Assembly: GCA_038231275.1 (NCBI GenBank)
Contig: JBBRLQ010000026.1
Coordinates: 47,926 to 111,925, forward strand
Reading direction: 5' to 3'
Source of the DNA: Polyangiales bacterium
GTDB lineage: Bacteria > Myxococcota_A > Polyangia > Polyangiales > Polyangiaceae
DNA length: 64,000 nt
Below, in pieces: positions 47,839-55,812 of the stretch. The position numbers and the translations under genes are program-made. The notes beneath the pieces were generated by a model. It was not told where the DNA came from. It was given only the letters and a program-made list of their open reading frames with translations, and searched no databases. Every line of letters starts with the position of its first letter. Position 1 is the first letter of the stretch.

Positions 47839-50016
47839 CTATTTCTCGAGAGGGCCCGCGATCGGTCGGGCCAGGCGCAGGTCCACGACCGTGATCGACC
47901 ACGGCGGAAGGACCGTGTCGGTGGACGACGGCGCGGCATCCCCGCGCTCGGGGGCGACCGCGGTGAGCGTCCGTGCCCCCCGCGCGAGGACGTACGTGCT
48001 CATCGACGTGACCGCGCCGCACGTGTCGAGCCCGAGCTTCGCGAGCACCGCCTCGTCCGGGGACTGGTTGACCGCGAGCAGCACGAGGTGCTGCCCCGCC
48101 TCGTCGCGCGACGCAAAGAGCGAGACGTGATCCGCGCCGGTGGTCGGGACGTACCAGTCGAGGAACCGCCCGCCCTTGCCGTCGAAATTCCGGTACGCCA
48201 GGAACGCCTGCACGACCGGCGAGCCCTCGGTGGGGTGCGTCCAATAGAACGCCGACGTGATGCCGTGCTGCGCGAAGCGACCGAGCGCCTCCGCGGTTGC
48301 GAGCGCGCCGGAGATGTGACCCTCGCCGCCCATGTTCCACTCGCCGATCGATATCCCGCGGCCTGGGTAGTTCTTGTCGACCCACTCCTTCATGCGAGGC
48401 AGGAGGCGCACCGGCTCCTTGATCCACGACTCGTCCGTGTAGGTCGGATCCCACAGGCCGCGCGTCTGGCGAAGACGCAGCGCAGCCCCCTTCGTGTCCG
48501 TGCCGCCGTTGCCGTAGACGTTGTCGCCTTGCGGATAGAAGTGCAAATCGAGGACGTCGAGGACGCGAACGCCGGTCTTCTGCTCGTGCTCGCGCAGCTT
48601 CTTCAGGTACCACTCGACGAGCGGGACGTCGTCGTGCGCGCGACGGTCGGGGCGCGCGGAGGGGCCCTGGAGGTTGTCCTTCGCCGAGTAGAAATACCCG
48701 GTCCAGCCCCACTCGGCGGGTCCGGCGATGACCGCATCGGGATCGGCCTGCCGGATCGCGGTGCCGTAGCGGATGGTGCGATCCAGCAGCTCGTCGTACC
48801 CGAGCGGCTCGGGGTGCACGTCGCGGTGTTTGTTGCTCCAGAGCATCGGCTCGTTGTCGAGGATGTACTGGTGCACGCTGCGCTTGCCGGCCTTGGCGTC
48901 GCGGGCGCGGATCGCCTCGACCCATCGCTTCATGAACTCGGGCGGCGAGGGCACGCTCGTGCGCGTCGCCGGCCCCGGCGCGATCGGCTTGCCGGCGGGG
49001 CTCATCCCGTCGCCCGCCTCTTTGAGCCACGGATCGGTCTTCGCTTGGGCGCCGAACGCCGACACTGGAAACGAGAACGACGTGTCGTCCTTGGCGACCC
49101 ACCCCATCATCGGGATGGTCAGAGCGCTCATCATGCCGTGCGCCTCGTCGTCCTCGAGGAACTTGTCGTACTTGAGCGCCGCGCCTTTGTTCTCGAAGAA
49201 CCAATCGCCGCCGAGGTTCCAGTCGCCGAGCTCCCAGTTGTAGCGCGTCGTCGTGTTGCCGCCGAAGCGGCGCGCGGTGGCGCCCATGTTCCACTGCGCG
49301 GGATCCTTGTCGGTCTCGTGGTAGTAGGCGATGCCGTAGATGAGCGGGTTTATCTTGGTGGCCTTCGCCTCGCACGACACGCGCACCGTCGCCGGCTTCG
49401 CCTTGCCGGCGTAGCTCGCCGGGCTCACGCGCGCAGAGGCGATGGCCGCCGGGTCGGCCTTGGTGAACGCGACACCGTCGATGAGCGTGACCTCGTCGTC
49501 GATGTCGCGAAAGGCGCGGAAGATGACGCGATCGAACGACACGTCATCGGGGTTGAGCTCGTGGATGGGGATGCGCACGTCGTACCAGCCGTCCGCGCTC
49601 CCGACGTGGTGCTCAGCGCGCACCTTCACGCGCGGGAACGTGGTCATCGTCGGGATTTCCAGCCGCACCTCGAGGAATTCGGCCTCGCCCTTCGGCTCCT
49701 TCACGCGGAAGACGAGCGCGCCGTAGCTCGCGGGCTTGAGCTTCTGCTTCGTCAAGATCCAGCCGCCCCACTTGGTGAAGTGGAGCGCCGCCGGCCCCGG
49801 GCCTCCCGTCGTGCGTGGGCACCAGCCCCAGTCCTGCCACTCGTTCTTGAGGCCGCCCGCGAAGATGTCCTCGGCGTGCTCTTCGTGGGCCGGCGGTGGC
49901 GGCGCGGGAGTCGCGACCGTGGGACCCCCGCTTCCCTTGGGCGGCTCCTTCGTGCACGCTGAGGCCGCCACGCACGCTGCGAAGGCGAGACCCGCGCGTC
50001 GCGTCGTGCGGTTCAT
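47839..50016 (-). CDS. GH44 endoglucanase-like lipoprotein (EpsB-like)
   Basis: Lipobox ASAC, N-terminal beta-sandwich, RFGGN..TRYNW, LDNEP, LDLHFYPQ and IGEW. Confidence 0.87.
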   Translation of the reverse strand: MNRTTRRAGLAFAACVAASACTKEPPKGSGGPTVATPAPPPPAHEEHAEDIFAGGLKNEWQDWGWCPRTTGGPGPAALHFTKWGGWILTKQKLKPASYGALVFRVKEPKGEAEFLEVRLEIPTMTTFPRVKVRAEHHVGSADGWYDVRIPIHELNPDDVSFDRVIFRAFRDIDDEVTLIDGVAFTKADPAAIASARVSPASYAGKAKPATVRVSCEAKATKINPLIYGIAYYHETDKDPAQWNMGATARRFGGNTTTRYNWELGDWNLGGDWFFENKGAALKYDKFLEDDEAHGMMSALTIPMMGWVAKDDTSFSFPVSAFGAQAKTDPWLKEAGDGMSPAGKPIAPGPATRTSVPSPPEFMKRWVEAIRARDAKAGKRSVHQYILDNEPMLWSNKHRDVHPEPLGYDELLDRTIRYGTAIRQADPDAVIAGPAEWGWTGYFYSAKDNLQGPSARPDRRAHDDVPLVEWYLKKLREHEQKTGVRVLDVLDLHFYPQGDNVYGNGGTDTKGAALRLRQTRGLWDPTYTDESWIKEPVRLLPRMKEWVDKNYPGRGISIGEWNMGGEGHISGALATAEALGRFAQHGITSAFYWTHPTEGSPVVQAFLAYRNFDGKGGRFLDWYVPTTGADHVSLFASRDEAGQHLVLLAVNQSPDEAVLAKLGLDTCGAVTSMSTYVLARGARTLTAVAPERGDAAPSSTDTVLPPWSITVVDLRLARPIAGPLEK

Positions 50017-50609
50017 GCCTTCTCTCCGGCGCCGTCGTCCGACTCGTCCTTGGACTCATCCCGCTCAGGAGGAGGAGGAGGAGGAGGAGGAGGGCCTGCG
50101 GCGCTCGCTTCTTCGTCCGACACGAGGAGCGTGCCGATGAACTTCTCGAGCCCCACCGCGTCGAGCGTCTTCTGCGCGACCTTCGCCTCGGTCTTCCCGA
50201 GCTGAACGCAGAGCACGGCGGTGTCGGCGGCGCGCGCGAGCGGGGCGGTCGTCGGATTCTCCGAGGTCGAGCGCAGCGCGATGAAGACGCGCTCGCCCCC
50301 CTTCAAGTCGGACGCCATCTCTCGCAGCTGATGCTCGAGGAGGCGCAGGCTGAGATCCCGCATGTCGAACACCGCCGACGGCTGGCCGGTGTACCACCAC
50401 GCGATCTTCGCCAGATCGTTGGCGACCTTGAGCGTGTCGATCCCCTTCGACGCGCCGACGACCGCGAGCGTCCTCCATGACCGCTTCTGGAGGGACAGCC
50501 AGAGGTGCTGCATCTTCACGTCGTCGGAGAGCGGGCCGCTCTGCGGACGAACGGCGAGCGCATCCGACCTCGGCGTGGAGTGGGGCGTGGGCGGATCTTC
50601 CTCCGTCAT
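50013..50609 (-). CDS. Degenerate BY-kinase-like (Wze-type pseudokinase) partner of the co-polymerase
   Basis: LWLSL...WRTLAVV, degenerate P-loop, ARAADTAVLCVQLGKT and FIG. Lies directly downstream of the co-polymerase. Confidence 0.65.
   Translation of the reverse strand: MTEEDPPTPHSTPRSDALAVRPQSGPLSDDVKMQHLWLSLQKRSWRTLAVVGASKGIDTLKVANDLAKIAWWYTGQPSAVFDMRDLSLRLLEHQLREMASDLKGGERVFIALRSTSENPTTAPLARAADTAVLCVQLGKTEAKVAQKTLDAVGLEKFIGTLLVSDEEASAAGPPPPPPPPPERDESKDESDDGAGEKA
50067..50093. repeat. Perfect (AGG)9 trinucleotide repeat encoding Pro9
   Basis: Read directly from the sequence. Confidence 0.9.
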
Positions 50610-50625
50610 GGGAGACCTCGCCGGC

Positions 50626-52164
50626 TCACGGTGGTGGCGACAAATCGCCGAGGATGGGGAGCTTCAACCGACGCTCGACCTGCCACGGCTCCATCAAGCG
50701 CCCTCGCCACAAATCGACGCCCCCCGGGACGAGCACCATCAAGAGGAGAGACAGGAGCAGGGAGCCGAAGAGCACGAGCGAGACGTTGGGCTTGCTCGGC
50801 CCACGCGCGAGCTCCGGCGGACGGACGACCGTGTACTGGTACTTGAACGCCGCGCGCGTCACCTCGAGCTCGATGTTGGCGGCCTCGATGCGCGAGAGCA
50901 GCTCGTTGTACTTCGTGGACGCGTTGGTCAGACGTTGGCGAGCAAGGACCGTCTTCGTGTCGTCGCGCAGATCGACGGTGGGCCGCAGGCGCGGGACCGT
51001 CGGCGCGGGGACCGAGGGGGCGAAGCGCGGCGGCGCCGGAGCGTCGGTCGACGCGGGCACCGGCGCCGGCGCGGGGATCGCCAGCAGCGCGATGAGCTCC
51101 CGCTCTCTTGCGTCGAGCGCCTTCAGCTCCGCGGGCGCCTCGACGAGCTGCGCGAGCTTCTCGTTGAGGCCGACGACGGTGGGGTGCATCGGACCGAGCG
51201 TCGCCCGCGCGTCCACGAGCTGCCGCTGCGCGTCGGCGACTTGCCGCTCATGGTCCTCGGTGATCGCGCGGATGCGCCGCCTCACGTCCTGGAGCTCGTG
51301 CGCGACGTCGCTCTCGGCGGGCGCGACACCTGCAGTCGTCGCGGTGGTAGGGCGCGGCGCGGTCACCGTGGAGGCCGGCCGCGGCGCGGTGCCCGGCGTA
51401 TGCACCGCGGGCGTGGTGGGCGTGGGCGTGATCGGAAGGGCCGGCCCGCCCGTCCCGCGCTCCGCCTCGATCTTCATGAGCTCCGCGAGCGCCGCGTCGA
51501 CCTCCGCGGCCTGCGGTTTCGCGCGCTCGTCGAGGATCCGAATGGCCTCGACGATGACGTTCACGTTCGCGTCGTAGCGCGCTTCGAGAAAATTCTTCTG
51601 GACGAGGGAAACGATATCGAAGGCCGTCTCGCGATCGGGCCACTCGATCGAGATCGTGATCGTCGACTCGTCCGCGAGCACCACGAGGCGTTTGGCGAGC
51701 AGACCGATGATGTCGCGCAGCCGATCGTCCTCCGACTTCGTCCCGAGCACGCCGAACACCGAGTCCTTGAAGCGCGCCGCCGGCTGACGCGTCGCCTCCC
51801 AGCGATCGACGAGATCGAGCTGCTTGGTGAGGGCGACGAGGTTGTCGCTGCGGAGGATCGCGTCGGCGGCGTTCTTGGTCGGCGCGTCGGCCTCGTGCGG
51901 CACCGCGCGGCCGGGGTTGTCGAGCGCCGGCAGCACCAGGTTTCGCTGCGCGAGGATGCGGAGATCGCAGGTGTACGTGCGCGGCAAATACTTCGCGATG
52001 AGGAACCCGAGGACGAGCGTCAAGATGAGCGACGCGGCGGCGAGGCGGGGGCGGCGGCGAGGCGCGCGGAGGAGGAATCCGGCGATCTCCTTCAGCTGCT
52101 GCAGATCGAACTCGTCCTCCCGGCCTTCTTCCGACGGGTCCCGAGCGCGTGGGTTCGTGGACAT
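50626..52164 (-). CDS. Polysaccharide co-polymerase (Wzc/GumC/EpsV-like, no kinase domain)
   Basis: TM helix, periplasmic coiled coil with GPMHPTV, VVRPPELA..P.KP, second TM helix and LPILG. Confidence 0.85.
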   Translation of the reverse strand: MSTNPRARDPSEEGREDEFDLQQLKEIAGFLLRAPRRRPRLAAASLILTLVLGFLIAKYLPRTYTCDLRILAQRNLVLPALDNPGRAVPHEADAPTKNAADAILRSDNLVALTKQLDLVDRWEATRQPAARFKDSVFGVLGTKSEDDRLRDIIGLLAKRLVVLADESTITISIEWPDRETAFDIVSLVQKNFLEARYDANVNVIVEAIRILDERAKPQAAEVDAALAELMKIEAERGTGGPALPITPTPTTPAVHTPGTAPRPASTVTAPRPTTATTAGVAPAESDVAHELQDVRRRIRAITEDHERQVADAQRQLVDARATLGPMHPTVVGLNEKLAQLVEAPAELKALDARERELIALLAIPAPAPVPASTDAPAPPRFAPSVPAPTVPRLRPTVDLRDDTKTVLARQRLTNASTKYNELLSRIEAANIELEVTRAAFKYQYTVVRPPELARGPSKPNVSLVLFGSLLLSLLLMVLVPGGVDLWRGRLMEPWQVERRLKLPILGDLSPPP

Positions 52165-52257
52165 GTTCCCGAGCGCAAAAGGTACCATACGAACCGCGCC
52201 ACCGCGAAAAAGAACCCCTCGTAACCACGTCCTTTTGCGTTGATACTCGGGTGGCCG

Positions 52258-53514
52258 ATGATGCTCCCTGCCGTCGTCCTCCTCGCCGAGTACGCAGGGA
52301 CGCTCGATCTGTCGAACCGCACGGAGATGCGCGTCCGGCACACCCAGGACGTCCAGCCGGATCGCTCGGTCGACCTGACCGACATACCGACCGCGCGCCT
52401 CGGGCTGCGCGATCATCGCTGGAACCACACGCTCGGCTACTCGATGCTGGCCGCCGTCCCCGACGTCCAAGCCGGCGTCTCGCCGCAGCTGCTGCAGCTC
52501 GCGGACGTGTCGACCGCGTGGCACGATCGGCGCGTTCGCGTCGGGCTCGCCGAGTTCGTGTCCTATGGAGAGACCAACTCGGGGTTCCTCCTCGGCGGCC
52601 CCGCGGTGGCTGTACCGCCGCCCGCGACGGCGGCGCCGGGGACGGGACCCGCCGCGCCCACGCCCGTCGGCCCCGCTCCGCCCGCGGTGCTGACGCAGCC
52701 GGCGACGCTTCGCACCGGGAGCTCGCGCACGGCGCTCACCGCATCGACGCAGATGACGCGTCATCTCACGACGACGAGCACGGTCGACTACAGCGTGGGC
52801 GGCGGCGTCGACGAGGCATCACGCGCGGCGCTGCCGATCATCCGCGGACCCCGCGGAGAGCTGACCGCGACGTACAGCCTGACCCGCCTGGACGGGCTCG
52901 AGACGCGCATCGCCGCGCAGCACACGACGGCGTCGGCCGGGACCTGCTCACCCCTCCTCGTGAACGTCCCCGCAGGCGCGTCGTGCGCCACGACCGGCGA
53001 CACCGCGCAGATCTCGGAGGCGTGGCTGCGCCGCCTCACGCGGACGTCCACCGCGACGCTCGCCGGGGGCGCGAGCCTCGGCCACGTGCGCCTGCGGCCT
53101 GAGGATCCGTTCATCACGCACACCTACCCCGTCATCCGCGCGAGCTTCACGCACGAGCGGGTCGTCGAGGATCTGCACACCTTCCTCCGCGTCGACGCGC
53201 AGCTCGCCCCGCTCATCGACGTCCGCACCGGCATCGTCGACCAGCGCGCGCAGGGCTCGGTCCTCCTCTCCATCCCCATCCAGCGCGTGACCTTGGCGGG
53301 CTCCTTCAGCGGGACGCGCTCGGTCTCCTCGCCGTACGTGCAGCCGGTCACCGGGCTGCAAGGCGTCTTCGAGGTCGCGTACCGCGTGGACAGCCACGTG
53401 AGCCTCGGCGCCGGCGGCCGGTACGCGTGGCAAGTGCAAACCGGGCAGCCCTCGATCTCCGCCAGTGCGGCGTTCGTGCAGGCGACATTCCGCGCGTCGC
53501 AGATCCATTTCTAA
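52258..53514 (+). CDS. Outer-membrane beta-barrel (EpsX/Wzp-like polysaccharide porin)
   Basis: Amphipathic Thr/Ser/aromatic strands, C-terminal Phe (SQIHF), and location between the co-polymerase and wzy. Confidence 0.65.
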   Translation: MMLPAVVLLAEYAGTLDLSNRTEMRVRHTQDVQPDRSVDLTDIPTARLGLRDHRWNHTLGYSMLAAVPDVQAGVSPQLLQLADVSTAWHDRRVRVGLAEFVSYGETNSGFLLGGPAVAVPPPATAAPGTGPAAPTPVGPAPPAVLTQPATLRTGSSRTALTASTQMTRHLTTTSTVDYSVGGGVDEASRAALPIIRGPRGELTATYSLTRLDGLETRIAAQHTTASAGTCSPLLVNVPAGASCATTGDTAQISEAWLRRLTRTSTATLAGGASLGHVRLRPEDPFITHTYPVIRASFTHERVVEDLHTFLRVDAQLAPLIDVRTGIVDQRAQGSVLLSIPIQRVTLAGSFSGTRSVSSPYVQPVTGLQGVFEVAYRVDSHVSLGAGGRYAWQVQTGQPSISASAAFVQATFRASQIHF

Positions 53515-53529
53515 CGTACGCTTTTCGCC

Positions 53530-54894
53530 GTGCGACGGCTCGCTCTCGCCCTCCTGTTCCTGATGCTCGCGGACGAGGGCACGACGATCTACGGCCGCTT
53601 CATGTTCGCCCCGTTCGCGTGGGTGCGTGAGGTCCTCTTCGCGCCGATCGTCAACGTCCGCCCGTTCGACGCGTTCATGGCGCTCATCCTCATCGTCTCG
53701 CTTCTGACGAAGGCCAAGCGCCCGACCGTGCGGCCGATGCGACGCACGCTGCTCGTCGCGCTCGGCACCGTCGGCGCGTCGCTCATCTATGGCCTCGCGC
53801 GCGGCGGGGATGCGCGAGCCGCGTCGTGGCAGATCTACCTGCTCCTCGCGCTGCTGCTCGCGAGCTTCACGTTCGCGACGGTGCTCGAGACGACGGAGCA
53901 CTTCGTGTCGCTTGCCCGTACCGTCGTGGGCGCCGGCGTCTACCACGCCGCGATGTGCGTGGTCTTCTGGGTCTTCTACATCAAAACCGGCCGCATCTCC
54001 GCCGGCGCCATCAACGAGGCGGGCGACTACCTGAGCACGCACGACGACACCGTCCTCTGGACCTGCGGCGTCGGCTTCATCGTCCTCAGCGCGATCCAGA
54101 AGCCCACGCAGCGCATGCGCGCGATCGCGTTCGTCCTGGTGCCGCTCCTCCTGTTCGCGATTCAGCTGAACCACCGGCGGCTCGCGTGGATCAGCCTCGG
54201 CGGCGTCATCGCGGCGCTCTATTTCCTCGTTCCGCCGAGCCGGCTGAAGCGACGCATCCGTAAGGTCGCGCAGGTCCTCGTCCCGATCATTGCACTCTAC
54301 ACGCTCGTCGGGTGGGGGCGGCCCGAGGGTGTGTTCCGGCCGCTGCGCTCGTTCGAGACCGTCGTGAGCCGCGAGGACGCGTCGACGCGCGCGCGCAACA
54401 TCGAGAACCTCGGCCTCATCGCGACCGCCAACCAGGGCTGGGTGCTCGGCACCGGGTGGGGGCACAAGTACGTCGAGGTCTCGAACAAGTACAACATCCA
54501 CTTCATGGAGCTGTGGCCGTACATCCCGCACAACAGCGTGCTCGGGCTCTTCGCGTACACCGGCTACTTGGGGTTCTTGGGGTACTGGATGGCGTTTCCG
54601 ATGGCGGTCTACTTTCACACGCGCACTGCGCGCCTCGCGGCTCGTCCCGTCGAGCGGCTCGTCGGCGCGTTCGGCGTGATGCAGATCGTGGCGGTCTCCG
54701 GCCAGTGGTACGGAGACATGGGCTCGTTCTCGTCGGTCACCGACTACACGCTGGCGGCGTGCTTCGCCGCGGCGATGCGCGTGCCCGCCGAGGCCGGAGT
54801 GTGGCCAGGGAACGGCGGCGCGACGGCGACGCCAGCCGCGCCCGAGCCCGAGCAAGTGCCCGCGCACGCGGACGAGCCCGCAGAGACTGCGTGA
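53530..54894 (+). CDS. wzy: Wzy polymerase / O-antigen-ligase family
   Basis: About 11 TM helices, NHRR, STRAR.IE, GTGWG and HNSVL. Confidence 0.8.
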   Translation: MRRLALALLFLMLADEGTTIYGRFMFAPFAWVREVLFAPIVNVRPFDAFMALILIVSLLTKAKRPTVRPMRRTLLVALGTVGASLIYGLARGGDARAASWQIYLLLALLLASFTFATVLETTEHFVSLARTVVGAGVYHAAMCVVFWVFYIKTGRISAGAINEAGDYLSTHDDTVLWTCGVGFIVLSAIQKPTQRMRAIAFVLVPLLLFAIQLNHRRLAWISLGGVIAALYFLVPPSRLKRRIRKVAQVLVPIIALYTLVGWGRPEGVFRPLRSFETVVSREDASTRARNIENLGLIATANQGWVLGTGWGHKYVEVSNKYNIHFMELWPYIPHNSVLGLFAYTGYLGFLGYWMAFPMAVYFHTRTARLAARPVERLVGAFGVMQIVAVSGQWYGDMGSFSSVTDYTLAACFAAAMRVPAEAGVWPGNGGATATPAAPEPEQVPAHADEPAETA

Positions 54895-54903
54895 GTCGCG
54901 ACC

Positions 54904-55083
54904 GTGGTCAAGCTCATCCCCCTGTCGATCGTGCTCGCCAGCATCGTTTTGCCGATGTGGATGGCGGCGCTGCCGCGGCCGAAGCGCGCGCTGCGGCGGC
55001 TCCAGATCACGATGGCGGTCTTGATGCTGCTTTGGGCGATCCTGTGCGTGCAGGTCTACCCGATGTACGTCGTGCCCGAGTGA
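54904..55083 (+). CDS. Small two-TM membrane protein (59 aa, absent from the ORF track)
   Basis: GTG...TGA, translating to MVKLIPLSIVLASIVLPMWMAALPRPKRALRRLQITMAVLMLLWAILCVQVYPMYVVPE. Strong GC3 bias, 9 nt after wzy. Confidence 0.75.
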   Translation: MVKLIPLSIVLASIVLPMWMAALPRPKRALRRLQITMAVLMLLWAILCVQVYPMYVVPE

Positions 55084-55101
55084 CGCGAGGCGACGAACGC
55101 T

Positions 55102-55731
55102 CTACTCGACGACGATCAGATCGCCGCCGCGTAGGATGAACCCGGCGCTCGCCGGCTCGCCCTGCGAGATGTCCGCGTACGTGAAGCGCGCGCGGATCGG
55201 CTGCGGCGCGCTCCGGACGAGGAAGATGCGGTCCTTGGACGCGTAGTCGGTGAGGCCGCCCGCGGCGGCGAGGACCTGCGCGACGGTGCCGTGCGCGTCG
55301 ACCGGGAACGTCCCCGGGTGCGTCACCTCGCCGAGCACCGAGATGACGATCGGCTGCGACTCGTCGACGGTGACGGTGACGCTCGGCGCGTTGACGTAGT
55401 CCTTGAGGCGCGCCTCGATCTCGCCCTTCAGCGCCGTCGGCCTCTTGCCGCGCACCTCGATGTCCCCGAGAGCCGGCATGGCGATGCGCCCGTCGCTCCG
55501 CACCTTCGCGTGCGTCGAGAGGGACTCCTGGTTGAAGACGCGGATGGTCACGGTGTCGCCGTCGCTCATCACGTAGTCGGAGTTCGAACGGCCCGCTACG
55601 TAGGTCGCTGGCAAATCGTGCGCCCACACGTACGTGCCCGACCCCGTGCACCCGGAGGCGACGCACCCCGCGGCGACGGCCAGCACCTGAGAAATGCTTG
55701 AAAGCACGATTTTCTTCGGCGATCCGAGCAT
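55102..55731 (-). CDS. Short OPX/Wza polysaccharide export lipoprotein (Poly_export + one SLBB; EpsY-like)
   Basis: GDTVTI.VF, VRSDGRIAMPALG, VLGEV..PG, AAGG and LRGGDLIVVE end with no C-terminal OM helix. Confidence 0.9.
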   Translation of the reverse strand: MLGSPKKIVLSSISQVLAVAAGCVASGCTGSGTYVWAHDLPATYVAGRSNSDYVMSDGDTVTIRVFNQESLSTHAKVRSDGRIAMPALGDIEVRGKRPTALKGEIEARLKDYVNAPSVTVTVDESQPIVISVLGEVTHPGTFPVDAHGTVAQVLAAAGGLTDYASKDRIFLVRSAPQPIRARFTYADISQGEPASAGFILRGGDLIVVE

Positions 55732-55812
55732 GGCAACGACAGTACTATCGCGTCTGCGAAACTGCCGCAATTTCGGGTTCCGGGGGCGTCTGCGGATAGG
55801 ATTGGCCGGTCG

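Noticed and set aside
46594..49962. 1122-aa plus-strand ORF, and similar shadows such as 28941-31586, 40786-43248 and 9722-11224
   Set aside because: Antisense to well-supported genes, with Arg/Ala-rich composition typical of non-coding frames.
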